DNA of 64,000 nt from an uncultured Verrucomicrobiae bacterium. Lineage in GTDB: Bacteria; Verrucomicrobiota; Verrucomicrobiia; Palsa-1439. The DNA lies in the NCBI GenBank assembly GCA_963817685.1, contig CAWFPN010000010.1, positions 450,852-514,851 of the forward strand, given 5' to 3'. Below are positions 9,864-19,800 of this stretch, one piece after another. Under the pieces are notes generated by a model. That model ran no database searches and was not told where the DNA came from. It worked only from the letters and a program-made list of their open reading frames with translations. A program made the translations under genes and the position numbers. How positions within the stretch are numbered: the stretch's first letter is position 1; every line of letters starts with the position of its first letter.

Positions 9864-10340
9864 CTATTTGACGTTGCCTGCCGGCGCGCCATAACTGGCC
9901 CCGGTCACAAGCGCCCCGCTCACCGCCGAATCGGCGCCAATCGTGATCACCCACTCGCTGTCACCCGACAGCACCGCCTGTTGCGCTCCGAGATAGGCTG
10001 AGATCCCCCCGTCCGCGCTGTCAATGTGTGCACTGTCCGACACCGGCCCCATCACGTACACCCACACTGTCTTCGTTTCCCCCGCATTCACCACCCCGTC
10101 CCAGTTCAACACCGGATCAACCGTTGCCGCCGCCGCCGAGGAGGCCACCGCCGTCCGGCAATTCCACACCGCCCAGTGCGACGCGTTGGTTGATTGATTG
10201 ACGAAACTGACGCGCGCCCACGTCCAGCCATTGGCGTCCTGCACCGCCCGCCAACTCTGCGCAAAACACCGCCCGCCCCACAGACCGGCTGTAAACGTCA
10301 AAAGAACAATTACAATGATGCGTTTGATTCCAGTGTTCAT
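9864..10340 (-). CDS. Small secreted protein of unknown function
   Basis: An internal ATG at 10340 is preceded by aaaggag. The signal peptide is MNTGIKRIIVIVLLTFTAGLWGGRCFAQ. The gene ends 24 nt upstream of the giant gene start, so the two are probably co-transcribed. Confidence 0.6.
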   Translation of the reverse strand: MNTGIKRIIVIVLLTFTAGLWGGRCFAQSWRAVQDANGWTWARVSFVNQSTNASHWAVWNCRTAVASSAAAATVDPVLNWDGVVNAGETKTVWVYVMGPVSDSAHIDSADGGISAYLGAQQAVLSGDSEWVITIGADSAVSGALVTGASYGAPAGNVK

Positions 10341-10684
10341 GAACACTCCTTTGGGTTGACTGTAGGAAGGACCGGGGAAAAGAAAACGTCTGCACGTATC
10401 ACGGACAACCTGGCCACTCGTCGTAAGGGTTCGCAAAATATTCTCCTGCTGACCGGTGAGATGAATAGCACAAGCGGTTTTTCTTGTCTGCCGCCTGAAG
10501 GGTGATAGTTGTGTAACCGAAAAGGCTACGACAAAATACAGTCTCACTAAAACAGGAAAGCCCCGCCGTGGTGTGGCAGACGTTGTGGAATCGCGGACAG
10601 ACGTCAGGAACGCTTCTCTGAGCAAGAGATGGCTACGGTACGACGGTCTTCACCATTGCTTGAGCGATAGACCGTGCAGAGCGA

Positions 10685-11437
10685 CTATTCCCCCGGCTTG
10701 TCAGCCGGAGAGAACCAATGGGCCTTCTTTTGCGCCTCTGGCAGACCGCCGCTCTCCCGCCATTGGACGGCGTGCTGCAGCACTTCCGTCGCACTACTGA
10801 GGTTGAGCTTCTCCTTGATCCGCGTCCGATAGGTCTTCACGGTGTTGACATCAAGGTGCAGCGTAGCGGCAATTTGCCGCACCCCTCGGCCGTGACCGAT
10901 GAGATGAAATACTTCCAGTTCCCGGTCGCTGAGCAAATCCATCGGGGCAACCAATGAAAGTTTTCCCCGGTGTGCGCATTGTTGCGCCAGCCGGGACTTG
11001 ATTGCCTCGCTCAGATAAAAACCCCCGTTCAGAACCAGTCGAACCGCTTTAACAAGACTGACGATCGCAGCCTGTTTATTGATGTAACCCTGGGCCCCGG
11101 CCTGCAGTGCGCGTTCGGCCATCAAAACGTCATCGTGAAGGGAAATCACCATGATCAGCAGTTCTGGATAACGACCTTTAAGTTCCTTAATGAGTTCCAG
11201 ACAGAGGACGCCCTTCAAATTCAAATCCAGCAAAATGAGCTTCGGTCGCAGACTCTCGACTGCCGCCAAGGCCTCGGAAACGTCCTCCGCCTCTCCGCAT
11301 ACTACAAGATCCCGCTGTTCATCGATCGTGGCTCTCAAGCCCTTTCTAAGAACCGGATGATCATCGACGATCAAAATTCTCGCCTTTTGATGAGCGGCCC
11401 GCTGTCCGGACCCTTCGATGGGAGATACCTGTCTCAT
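10685..11437 (-). CDS. NarL/FixJ-type response regulator (REC + LuxR HTH), orphan
   Basis: REC domain ..ILIVDDHPVLRKGL...LILLDLNLKG.. and C-terminal LuxR-type HTH ..LSDRELEVFHLIGHGRGVRQIAATLHLDVNTVKTYRTRIKEKL... An alternative start lies at 11461. No adjacent histidine kinase. Confidence 0.85.
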   Translation of the reverse strand: MRQVSPIEGSGQRAAHQKARILIVDDHPVLRKGLRATIDEQRDLVVCGEAEDVSEALAAVESLRPKLILLDLNLKGVLCLELIKELKGRYPELLIMVISLHDDVLMAERALQAGAQGYINKQAAIVSLVKAVRLVLNGGFYLSEAIKSRLAQQCAHRGKLSLVAPMDLLSDRELEVFHLIGHGRGVRQIAATLHLDVNTVKTYRTRIKEKLNLSSATEVLQHAVQWRESGGLPEAQKKAHWFSPADKPGE

Positions 11438-11735
11438 GGCGACACCCCACAGAACGGGCAATCATAGAGAATCGCTGAAAGCGATTCTTGAACCCTTGGA
11501 AGCATCAAGAGCCCGGGTAAGAATTTGAGGGCACATTTCACGGGTGTCACCTTCCCGCAGCTACCCTCCGGCGGTCTGGATTTTCACTATTACCAGAGCT
11601 GCCGGCCCCTTGTCAAGAGCCGACGGACCCTGGTAGGAATGAGCCAAAGACCTCGATCACAACTCAAAAACCGGGTATCAAACCCCCTCAAGCATCCGAC
11701 GGAGTGGTTGAACAAGCCCGATGCTAAATGAACGA

Positions 11736-11770
11736 TTGACAGCCGCACGAGAACATGTTATCGTTAACAT
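11736..11770 (+). promoter_or_regulatory. Candidate sigma70-like promoter overlapped by a LacI-family operator
   Basis: TTGACA at 11736-11741. A 16-bp near-palindrome atgttaTCGTtaacat (11755-11770, 14/16 symmetric, central CG) lies about 90 bp upstream of the LacI-family gene. Confidence 0.4.
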
Positions 11771-11857
11771 TATAGGCTTTCTTAGAGGAAGCGCGTTTTA
11801 TAAACATTTGTCGGCCACACAGCCCAATCACGACATTGAGGAAATTGCAGACGCAGC

Positions 11858-12919
11858 ATGCCTGAGATTAGAAAAAGGTACACCATCAGAGACATTGCCG
11901 AGCAAAGCGGCGTTTCGATCTCGACGGTTTCCATGGTCTTGAACGGCAACCCGCGCGTCCGCGCTACGACGCGCGACCGGGTGCACAAGACAATCCAACG
12001 GCTGGCGTATCAGCCGAACCGGATGGCCCGCGCCCTGGCGTGGCGCCGCAGCCGGACCCTGGCCATCCTCATCCCGCAAATCTCTCGCGCCTTTGCCGAC
12101 GTTTATTTTGGCGAGATTGTCAGCGGTATTTACGACCGCGCCAGCAAGCTCGGTTACAAGATCATGCTCGAAGTGGCCAGCTCGAAATTCATCGAGAGCA
12201 AGGAATACCTGGAACTGTTCGACCAGAAATTTGTCGACGGCATTTTGATGATCGGCGCAAACGCGAAACACGACTTTCTGTCGGAGATGGTGGACATCTC
12301 ACGCCCTTTGTTGATGGTCAACAGCTACTCCATGGAGTGGGACGCGAATTACGTGGTCTCGAATTACCGGTATGGCGCCTGGCAGGCGGCGCAGCATCTG
12401 GTGCAATTGGGGCACCGCCGGATCGGGTTTATCGCCGGCGGCATTGGGACGATCCAGACAAGCCAGGATGTCTGCGAATCGTTCAATGAAGTACTGCGGG
12501 AGTGGGGGATCGATCAGGACCCGCGATTGATGGCGGACGGCCTGTTGACGGAAGACGGCGGCATGAAGGCCGCGGAGCAACTGTTGCGGTACGATTCACA
12601 GATCACCGCCATGTTTGCGCTGAACGACAAGATGGCGCTGGGCGCGATCAAGAAATTGAATGAACACGGCCTGCAGGTGCCACGCGACATTGCGGTCGTC
12701 GGCTTTGATGATATTCCGCTGGCCAGTTACTCGATTCCCAGCCTGACGACAGTGCATCAACCGCTGTACGAGATCGGCAAATTGAGCTGCGAGCGCCTGA
12801 TCGAGTTGATCCACGGGAGGATCGACCGGGTCAACGAAGTGCTGCCGATCTATTTGGTCGTACGCGATTCCTGCGGCGCCAGGCTCAAGCAGAACCAGAG
12901 CGTCGTGGCGCGGGTCTGA
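11858..12919 (+). CDS. LacI-family transcriptional regulator
   Basis: N-terminal HTH ..YTIRDIAEQSGVSISTVSMVLNG...RVHKTIQRLAYQPNRMARAL.. followed by a periplasmic-binding-protein-like sugar-binding fold (..VDGILMIG.., ..AVVGFDDIPLA..). Confidence 0.9.
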   Translation: MPEIRKRYTIRDIAEQSGVSISTVSMVLNGNPRVRATTRDRVHKTIQRLAYQPNRMARALAWRRSRTLAILIPQISRAFADVYFGEIVSGIYDRASKLGYKIMLEVASSKFIESKEYLELFDQKFVDGILMIGANAKHDFLSEMVDISRPLLMVNSYSMEWDANYVVSNYRYGAWQAAQHLVQLGHRRIGFIAGGIGTIQTSQDVCESFNEVLREWGIDQDPRLMADGLLTEDGGMKAAEQLLRYDSQITAMFALNDKMALGAIKKLNEHGLQVPRDIAVVGFDDIPLASYSIPSLTTVHQPLYEIGKLSCERLIELIHGRIDRVNEVLPIYLVVRDSCGARLKQNQSVVARV

Positions 12920-13114
12920 ACAATCACGGCGTATGGGTATTTGCCGCCGCATAGAGGCCAACTTCAACCGCTTGGACATCGGGTGTCTGCTCCAAACTCG
13001 CAACACTTCCTGTCGTTTTGATCCACAGGAGGCGTATCCACGCGGTCCTTGGCGGTTGGACCTTGAAAAAACAGGCACTCCCCCCAGCCCTCTGATAAAT
13101 GCTACCAGAGAGGT

Positions 13115-13158
13115 TGGAGGCGGGTATCGGAATCGAACCGATGATAAGAGTTTTGCAG
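13115..13158 (-). tRNA. tRNA-Cys(GCA) 3' half only (truncated; candidate att-site remnant)
   Basis: The minus strand reads CTGCAAA-ACTCT-TATC-ATCGG-TTCGATT-CCGAT-ACCCGCC-T-CCA. That is an anticodon loop with GCA, 3' anticodon stem, 4-nt variable loop, perfect T arm, acceptor 3' strand, U73 discriminator and CCA. No complementary 5' acceptor strand, D arm or 5' anticodon stem lies upstream. Confidence 0.6.
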
Positions 13159-13288
13159 GCTGGCCGGATGGGGTCTTGAACGTTTCCCGCTTTAGCGGGG
13201 ATTATTCGGAAGGTCTTTGTTTTCAAGCGATTGGGAAATTCCTGCAAACACAAGCAAACTTAGAAACAACTCGAAATCTGAAGCACAA

Positions 13289-13312
13289 GTGGTATCCACG
13301 TGTGGTATCCAC
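13289..13312. repeat. Tandem direct repeat of the dyad-symmetric 11-mer GTGGTATCCAC
   Basis: Copies at 13289-13299 and 13302-13312, separated by gt. Each has GTGG/CCAC arms and the junction forms CACGTG. Confidence 0.6.
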
Positions 13313-13510
13313 TTCGCCACGCGTCACATTGTCATTTCTTGCGGCAGGCGGGGCCTGCCGAGGTAGCAAGTGTCAGCATGGAGCAGAGAGAGGAGCGCAG
13401 CCAAGGCTTAGGTCATCTGGCTGTGAACACGGGTTGTTTTGTTCACGGTTTCATTGCGCTCGGCTGCGCTCCGCATCATCGCCAAGGTTTCCTTGGCTGG
13501 GGCGCGGAGA

Positions 13511-16500
13511 CTACGGACCTCCACTTGGAATGATGCTCATCCTGTTGAAGTATAGGTTGTAGTTCGGCCCAAACCCATCCTGTTGATTGTATAACGAGAT
13601 ACTGTTGATTTCCGACCCCGCTTGACCGCCGAGAGTCCCGCTAATATTTGTGGAAGCTCCACTGACTAGAGCGGTGACGGTGCAGGAGAAGCTGTCTACT
13701 CCGGTGAGGGTAAAATTCACTATCACTCCTCCATCGGTATATCTGATTCCTGTGTCGATCAACGGTTGAACGGAGTTGGTGACGATGTTGTAATTGGTCT
13801 TACCGCCGATGAACAAAAATTCGAACCGCTCCCCAAAGTTCTTGTTTGTTGTGACATTGCCGCTGCGCAGTACGAACCCAACCACTCCAGGGGTGGTAGT
13901 CAAAACGTACCCATTGTCCATCCCAATGCTGAACGTATCGCCGACATTCAGGGGGCCGTCTGTGAAACTGCGGTAGGCTGCCGCCGTGACGGACAGGTTG
14001 TTATTCGTATTGCCGTACAACCCCCATGAGACTGGGGTGCTGGATGCATTGGTCGTGTTGATTCCCCCGCCACTGGGGATTGTGCCATTCTCGGTGGCGT
14101 TCCCGATGAAGAAGCCTGTGTTGCTCGAATTAGTGCTGGGGCTCATGGTCCAGGGACTAAACCCCGTCCCGCCGTTGCTGCCGTTTGTCCAGCCGCCGCT
14201 GTAGGCGGGATCCGCGGCGTTGTCGGAAGGGGGCGGGGCAACGAGCGCGATTCGGTAATAACGCGTTGGTCCGTTGGTCGCGCCTCCGATGTCGGTGTAA
14301 TTTGTACTGGTGACGCCAAGGGGGACGCCAATCATTGGGCTCAGGTCCAGGAAATTATTGGAGTAGCCGCCGCCCGCCGCGCTGGAGGCGACCTGCACCA
14401 CGTTGGTCGTGCCTCCGAAGGTTGTCCACGTGAGAAGGATATTGTTGCCTTGTTTCACGATGCTGCTGATCTGGAAGATGGGAGGCGCCGGGCCGCCCAG
14501 AATGGTGCCGTTGTTGATGAAGGCGGCGTGGAAATTCGTCTTGCCGGCGGTGATGTCGATTGTGCCGTTATTGACCACGGTGCCGTAGGCTTCCAGCGTG
14601 CTGTTCGCGATGGCCCGCATCGTGCCGTAGTTGGTGACGATGCCGCTGAAGGTCAGCGTCCCGCCGCAATCAGACAGGATCGTGCCGTTGTTTTGCACCG
14701 TCACGAAATTCTGCACCGTGCCACAGCCTTCGATCAGGCCTGTGCTGCCGTTAACGTAGAGGCTGGCCACACCGCTGCCGCCCGTGTCCTCGCCGCGCAG
14801 CGTACCGTCCTGCAGATAGACCGTGCCCGCATTGGTAGGGAACTTCGCTCCTGAATTGTACCAGGCGTTGTCGGTGCGGCGGATGACCAGCGTGCCGCCG
14901 GTGTCCACCATCATCGTGCCATTGCTTCCATTCTGCACGCCGCCGAAATTGAATGCATCCTGAGGCAACAGTGTCAACGTGTCGCCGCTGGCCGCGCTGA
15001 TCATCCCGAAGTTGACGATCGCATAATTGAACTGGTTCGTGCCATAGCCCGTCTGGAAGGTGCCGCTGCCCGTGATCAACCCGGTCGCCGTATTGGTGAA
15101 ATTGGTCAAACCGCCCGTGTTCGGCATCGAGATGATGCCGCCGTTGATGTCCAAGGTGCCGACCAGGGTGTAAAATGGCCCCCCGGCATTGGTGCTGGAC
15201 AACGTCAGCGCCGCGCCGGGGTCAACCAACACGGTTCCTTGGACGTTTGCAGAGGGGAGGTAGGCGTTGCTCAGACTGGCTGTCACATTGGTGGCAATCT
15301 CCAGCAGGCCGCCCGCGTGGACCGCCCAGAATCCGCCCTGCGTGGTAATCGGCCCGGTGACCTTCAACTCCCCGCCGGTGACTGCAAGGTAGCTTCCGTA
15401 CTGGCCGTTGCTCGGGGCGTAGACGGCCTGTCCGCTGGCAAAATTGCCGTAGATGTTCAGCACGCCATTGCTGGCGACGGTGAAGCCGCTGGCCGGTTGA
15501 ATCACCGAGGCGGCCAGCGTGCCTGAACCAAGGATCGTGCCATTGTTCTGGATGGCTCTCGCCACATTTTGCGTGTCCGTGTCCGTGTCAGCCACCGTAA
15601 GCATGCCCCCGTTCATCAGCAGGACGCCGGTGTTAAGCGGCGGAACATTAGTCGCCGATGCACTGGCTGTCCATGCATTGTCCATGCGCGAGATCGTTAC
15701 CGTGCCGGTGGTTGCCTCGATCAGCCCCGCGTTTGTCGCGAGACCGGCCACCAAGCCGGAATTGCTGACGAACACAACGCCGCCGGTGCCGACGGTCAGA
15801 CTGGTAAGGATCTGCAACGGCGTGGCCGTACCCGCATTATTCAGGAACAGCGTGTTGGTCGAGCCAGACGGGGCGGACACGGTCAGGTAGTTGATCGTCA
15901 GCGCGCTCGGGGTACCGGTGGTGACGGCGTCGATGGTCACGCTCTTGGTGTTGGCGTTGGTGAGAAAATCGCCGAGATCAGTGACGAGCGGCGCCGCACC
16001 GAACGACCAGTCGCCGGCGGTCTCCCATTTGCCGCCGCTCGCATTGGTCCAACTGTTGTAAAGGGGATTAAACAGCGGGATGACGGTCTTGCAGGCGTCC
16101 ATCAGCAGATTCACGACTCTATTCGTATTGGTGGAAATCGTCGATGAACCGGTATTGGTAATGGTCAGACTGCCAAAGGCCCAACTCGCATTGGGCACGG
16201 CCGTGAGCTGCACCGTATTACTCATGGTGTACTCCGGTTCGAGCGGGACGGCATTGACCACGCCGCCGCTGGCCGGGATGATATACAAGCGAGGCATGAG
16301 CGAACGCGAGTTGGTCGGGTCGGTCCCGTCGATGTACTCGCCATAATTCGACACGCCGTCACCGTCAGCGTCCGCATCAGGATTAACGCCCGTCGCGCCA
16401 AAATACCTCATTTCCCAGGCCACCGGCAACCCGCTGCCGTCCGGATCAAAGTACGAGACGTTGATCACCGCGCTGGTCACCGCGCCGGCGCTGTTGCTCG

Positions 16501-16837
16501 CGATGAGCTGGTAATTGCCCAAATTGCCCGCCGTGGCGTCGGTCAACAGAAATGAATCATTCGTGGCCCCGCCCACCACCCCGCCATCGAACAGCCACTG
16601 ATAGGTAAATCCCCCTACCCCCGTCACCGGCGCGGAAATCGCCAGCACCCCATTGGAATCCGCCCCCATATACTGCGGGTAAAACTGCTGAAAAGCCGGT
16701 CGCGCCACGGCCACGACATTGCTCTGCGCTGTCAAATTGCCCGGTAAATCATATTGAAAAGCTACCTGCGCCTCCACCGGCGCAACCATCGCCCACAAAA
16801 ACGCAATCGCAAAGAACCTGGAAAGAGGATGGCGCAT
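13511..16837 (-). CDS. Secreted adhesin-like protein with Ig domain, Ca-binding TSP3-like motif and autotransporter-associated beta-strand repeats
   Basis: 1108-aa ORF with signal peptide MRHPLSRFFAIAFLWAMVAPVEAQ. Ig-like segment ..YQWLFDGG...GNYQLIASNSAGAVTSAVINVS.. and DADADGDGVSNYGEYIDGTDPTN. W.NASGGKWETAGDWS is followed by many GT(L/V)T(I/F)..G-type beta-helix repeats. The C-terminus is copy 3 of the uncharacterised domain. Confidence 0.85.
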   Translation of the reverse strand: MRHPLSRFFAIAFLWAMVAPVEAQVAFQYDLPGNLTAQSNVVAVARPAFQQFYPQYMGADSNGVLAISAPVTGVGGFTYQWLFDGGVVGGATNDSFLLTDATAGNLGNYQLIASNSAGAVTSAVINVSYFDPDGSGLPVAWEMRYFGATGVNPDADADGDGVSNYGEYIDGTDPTNSRSLMPRLYIIPASGGVVNAVPLEPEYTMSNTVQLTAVPNASWAFGSLTITNTGSSTISTNTNRVVNLLMDACKTVIPLFNPLYNSWTNASGGKWETAGDWSFGAAPLVTDLGDFLTNANTKSVTIDAVTTGTPSALTINYLTVSAPSGSTNTLFLNNAGTATPLQILTSLTVGTGGVVFVSNSGLVAGLATNAGLIEATTGTVTISRMDNAWTASASATNVPPLNTGVLLMNGGMLTVADTDTDTQNVARAIQNNGTILGSGTLAASVIQPASGFTVASNGVLNIYGNFASGQAVYAPSNGQYGSYLAVTGGELKVTGPITTQGGFWAVHAGGLLEIATNVTASLSNAYLPSANVQGTVLVDPGAALTLSSTNAGGPFYTLVGTLDINGGIISMPNTGGLTNFTNTATGLITGSGTFQTGYGTNQFNYAIVNFGMISAASGDTLTLLPQDAFNFGGVQNGSNGTMMVDTGGTLVIRRTDNAWYNSGAKFPTNAGTVYLQDGTLRGEDTGGSGVASLYVNGSTGLIEGCGTVQNFVTVQNNGTILSDCGGTLTFSGIVTNYGTMRAIANSTLEAYGTVVNNGTIDITAGKTNFHAAFINNGTILGGPAPPIFQISSIVKQGNNILLTWTTFGGTTNVVQVASSAAGGGYSNNFLDLSPMIGVPLGVTSTNYTDIGGATNGPTRYYRIALVAPPPSDNAADPAYSGGWTNGSNGGTGFSPWTMSPSTNSSNTGFFIGNATENGTIPSGGGINTTNASSTPVSWGLYGNTNNNLSVTAAAYRSFTDGPLNVGDTFSIGMDNGYVLTTTPGVVGFVLRSGNVTTNKNFGERFEFLFIGGKTNYNIVTNSVQPLIDTGIRYTDGGVIVNFTLTGVDSFSCTVTALVSGASTNISGTLGGQAGSEINSISLYNQQDGFGPNYNLYFNRMSIIPSGGP
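13514..14206 (-). other. Uncharacterised ~230-aa domain, copy 3 (C-terminus of 1108-aa protein)
   Basis: AYSGGWTNGSNGGTGFSPW...WGLYG...FSIGMDNGY...GFVLRSG...ERFEFLFIGGKTNYNIV...GIRYTDGGVIVNFTLTGVDSFSCTV...ISGTLGG...LYFNRMSI. Same block order as copies 1 and 2. Confidence 0.6.
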
Positions 16838-16881
16838 ATTGCCTTCAGTTCATACGAGATCATCTAAGTTTACACGGCCAA

Positions 16882-19800
16882 TCATTTGCATGAGCAATTG
16901 CCTGATGGCGAAGGAAGAAGCGCGCCCCCAACAATATTTTCAGCCGTTGTGGGCGACCCTTCCACTGTGCTGCTAACAACCATTTTTCCAACACTCGTGC
17001 TGGTTACGTTCCCAATTTGCCCAAGCCGAGCCTTTGTGATGAGTTGGTTGTACACCTGTAGAAAGCTTCCGCTTCCCCCGTTGATCCCAGGGATTTTGAT
17101 AGCGCTGCTTAGGGGAGCGATAAATCCTGTCGCAACGCTCAAAGTTGTATTGGCGGCAAGGTTGTTAATATCCCAGCCGCACTGGTCTCCATAATGTATA
17201 TTTAAGTATTGGTTCACGACATTCCCGACGATCCCCCCAGCCACGTTGGCTACGAAGGGACTAGCATAAAGCGATAGTTCCCCGCTAACTGCCCCCCCAG
17301 CAGCGCCACCAACGACGTCCTGCCATGTGATCGGACGACCCGCAATATAATCCGAAATAGCCGCTCCGGCGCCCCCGATGACGGCCCCCCCGGCGGTGAA
17401 TGCGAGGTCATCCCAGAAGAAATACAGTCCGAGAGGGTCAGTTCTGTCCAGCGGATCCTGACCAACATACGAATACATATTTACACCAAACGCCTCTCCC
17501 ATCGGATCGCGACTGAGCCATCTGCCGGCGCCACTATCAAGGGGCCGATAAAGGGCCAGGTATAATCCTGAACGCGAGTGCAAGAAGAAGCCCGTATAGG
17601 CCAGAGTCGTGCTTAGATTTTGTTGAATGACCGCCTCTTGCCCGTAGGGATCGTAATCATAGCGCGTCGCAAGAACACCGCTGGCGTCTGACGCCTCGCG
17701 GATACTGCCGAGATGATCCATCGTATAGAAATAATTCGTGCTGTTGCCGAACCCGGCCAGTGATTCGCCCTGTGGATAGAGCCTTCTGATAACGTTCGTG
17801 CCGGTGGAATCGCGTATTTCGCAGATGTCGGTGCCGCACCAGAGGTAGTAGTTGTTGCTGGCGACAACGCCGTTTGTTTTCTCCACAATCTCGACCCGGC
17901 GGCCCAGGCCGTCGTAGCTGAATTCGCTGCGGTTGACTCCCTGGTTGATGGCTGTCAGGCGATTCTCGGCGTCCCACTCGTAGGTGGGTGCGTTTGTTGA
18001 TGCTGCGGAACCGCTCTGGAGCTGGTTCAGGGCATTGTAGGAATAGGTGGTCTGGACGCCGTTTGTGGCGGCGAGCAGGCGGTTTCCGGCAAGGTCGTAG
18101 GCGTAGGTGTAATTTGTAACGGTTGACGGGCCGCCGGCGCTGACCACGTTCGTCAACTGGTCCGCTGCGTCGTAGCTGGGAAGCCAGACGCGTGTTGAAA
18201 TTGTGTCCCATTGGTTGCTCCAGGTAGTGATCTGTCCCACCGCGTTGTAGCCGTATCCAAATCCCGACAGGAGCGCCCCGTTTGGTTTGAGATGTTGAAT
18301 CTGTTGGAGACGATCGTCTCCCAGATTGTTGTAGTACGTGTAAAGATTGGTCTGACCGTTGGGGTAGGCCTCGGAAGCGAGCCGGGCGGTGGCGCCGACG
18401 TATGAGTACTGGAACGCGCCAAGAGCGTTGGTCACCGCAATGGGACGGCCTAAAAGATCATACCTTGTGGCCAGCGGCACGCCATTGATGGCGCGATTGA
18501 TCATTCTCCCCAATTGATCGTACTGATAGGTCACGGCGCTGTTCGGCAGCGGACCTGAAACCGACGCCAGTTGCCCCGCGCCAAGCGATGGGGTCGCGGA
18601 TATGGGATTGTAGGAATACATCGTGGCGCCAATCCCGTCCTGCATCGTGAGGCAGCGATTGTAGTTGGGGTCATACGTGTAATTGACCGTCGGTGTCGCG
18701 ATGGTGGCGTTGGGGTAGCTGACGCTCTGGAGGTTGTTGTCGGGATAATACTGGTAAACCGTCTCCTGTCCCTTTTCGTCGAACTTGGAATGCAGCCGGC
18801 TGGTCGTATTCTCGTAATTGTACAGGACCCGGGAGCCGTCGGCATATTGTTTGGCGACCTTTCTGCCCTCGATGTCATATTCCCAACTCGTCCTGCGCCC
18901 CATCGGATCGATTAGTCCGGACATCGCGCCGCACCCGCAGTATTCGAACCTCGTGACTCGGTTGAGCGGGTCTTGGACGGCAATGCGTTGCCGCAAGGCG
19001 TCGTAGGTGGACACCGTCTGGCGCCCCAGGCGGTCTTGCACGACGGCGAGGTCCAAATTGCTGTAGGTCAAGGCCTCGAACGTGCCATCCGGGTAGGTGA
19101 TGTTGGTGACGCGGTCAAAATTGTCATAGCTGTAACTGAGCGTGTAGCCGTCAACTCCAGTCGCCGTGCGCACGCGGCCGACTGTATCGTAGGAAAAGCT
19201 GACCATGTCGTTTGTGCCGGGGAACGGGCCCACAACTGACAGAAGATAGCCGTTGGTATCATAATTGCAGGTGGTGGTTTCGCCCAACGGATCCGTGGAC
19301 GTGAGCAACTGTCCGCGCGCGTTATACGTGTTGGTGGTTACCTGACCGGCGGCGTCAACAATTGTGACCGGCAGATGCTCGGAATTATAGACGAATTTGC
19401 CCAACAAATCGTTGTTGGCGCCCGTCGTCTGATGCACTTCCAAGAGGTCCACGAGGTTGGTCGAGTAGATGTAGGTCATCGCGCGCCCGAGGGGATCCAC
19501 CGAGTTGGTCAGTTTGCCCAGGGCGTTGTATTGGAAAGTGCTGAGCTGGGTGGTGCCGTCATCCAGAACGCGCCCGATGGCGGACGGCTCGCTGGACGTC
19601 CCAATCTGCAGGGCGCTCGGCTGGCCGGCGTAGTTGTACCAGACGCGATTTTCCAGGGGCTGTTTTTCACTGTCAAGAACACCCATGGCCGTTGTGTAAT
19701 CCAACGAGTGCAGCCAATGGTAGATATGGGCGGTGCTGAAGTCGTTCGTCTTCGCCGTGAAGGCGACATAGGCCCGGCGATTCCAGAAGTACGTGTTGCG

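Noticed and set aside
10341-10625. Long version (253 aa) of the small secreted protein ORF
   Set aside because: The upstream 95 codons have no coding-like composition. A strong AAAGGAG RBS and a signal peptide start at the internal ATG 10340.
13115-13510. tmRNA (ssrA) on the minus strand, suggested by the tRNA-like T arm/CCA end and a hairpin-rich ~400-nt upstream region
   Set aside because: With canonical geometry the acceptor 3' strand is ACCCGCC with discriminator U. It has no U70 for the G3:U70 alanine identity pair and no A73. No GGGG... 5' acceptor strand is present. No tag ORF ending in an ..ALAA-like sequence was found in any frame. A GCA anticodon loop at exactly the tRNA distance fits a tRNA-Cys half better.
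13115-13510. Complete tRNA-Cys, either contiguous or interrupted by a group I intron in the anticodon loop
   Set aside because: The 31-33 nt upstream of the loop cannot form a D arm or the 5' anticodon stem; AGAGT is required but CCAGC is found. Only GCGGG partly matches the acceptor. No GGCGGGT/AGAGT-containing 5' half occurs anywhere in the 350 nt upstream.
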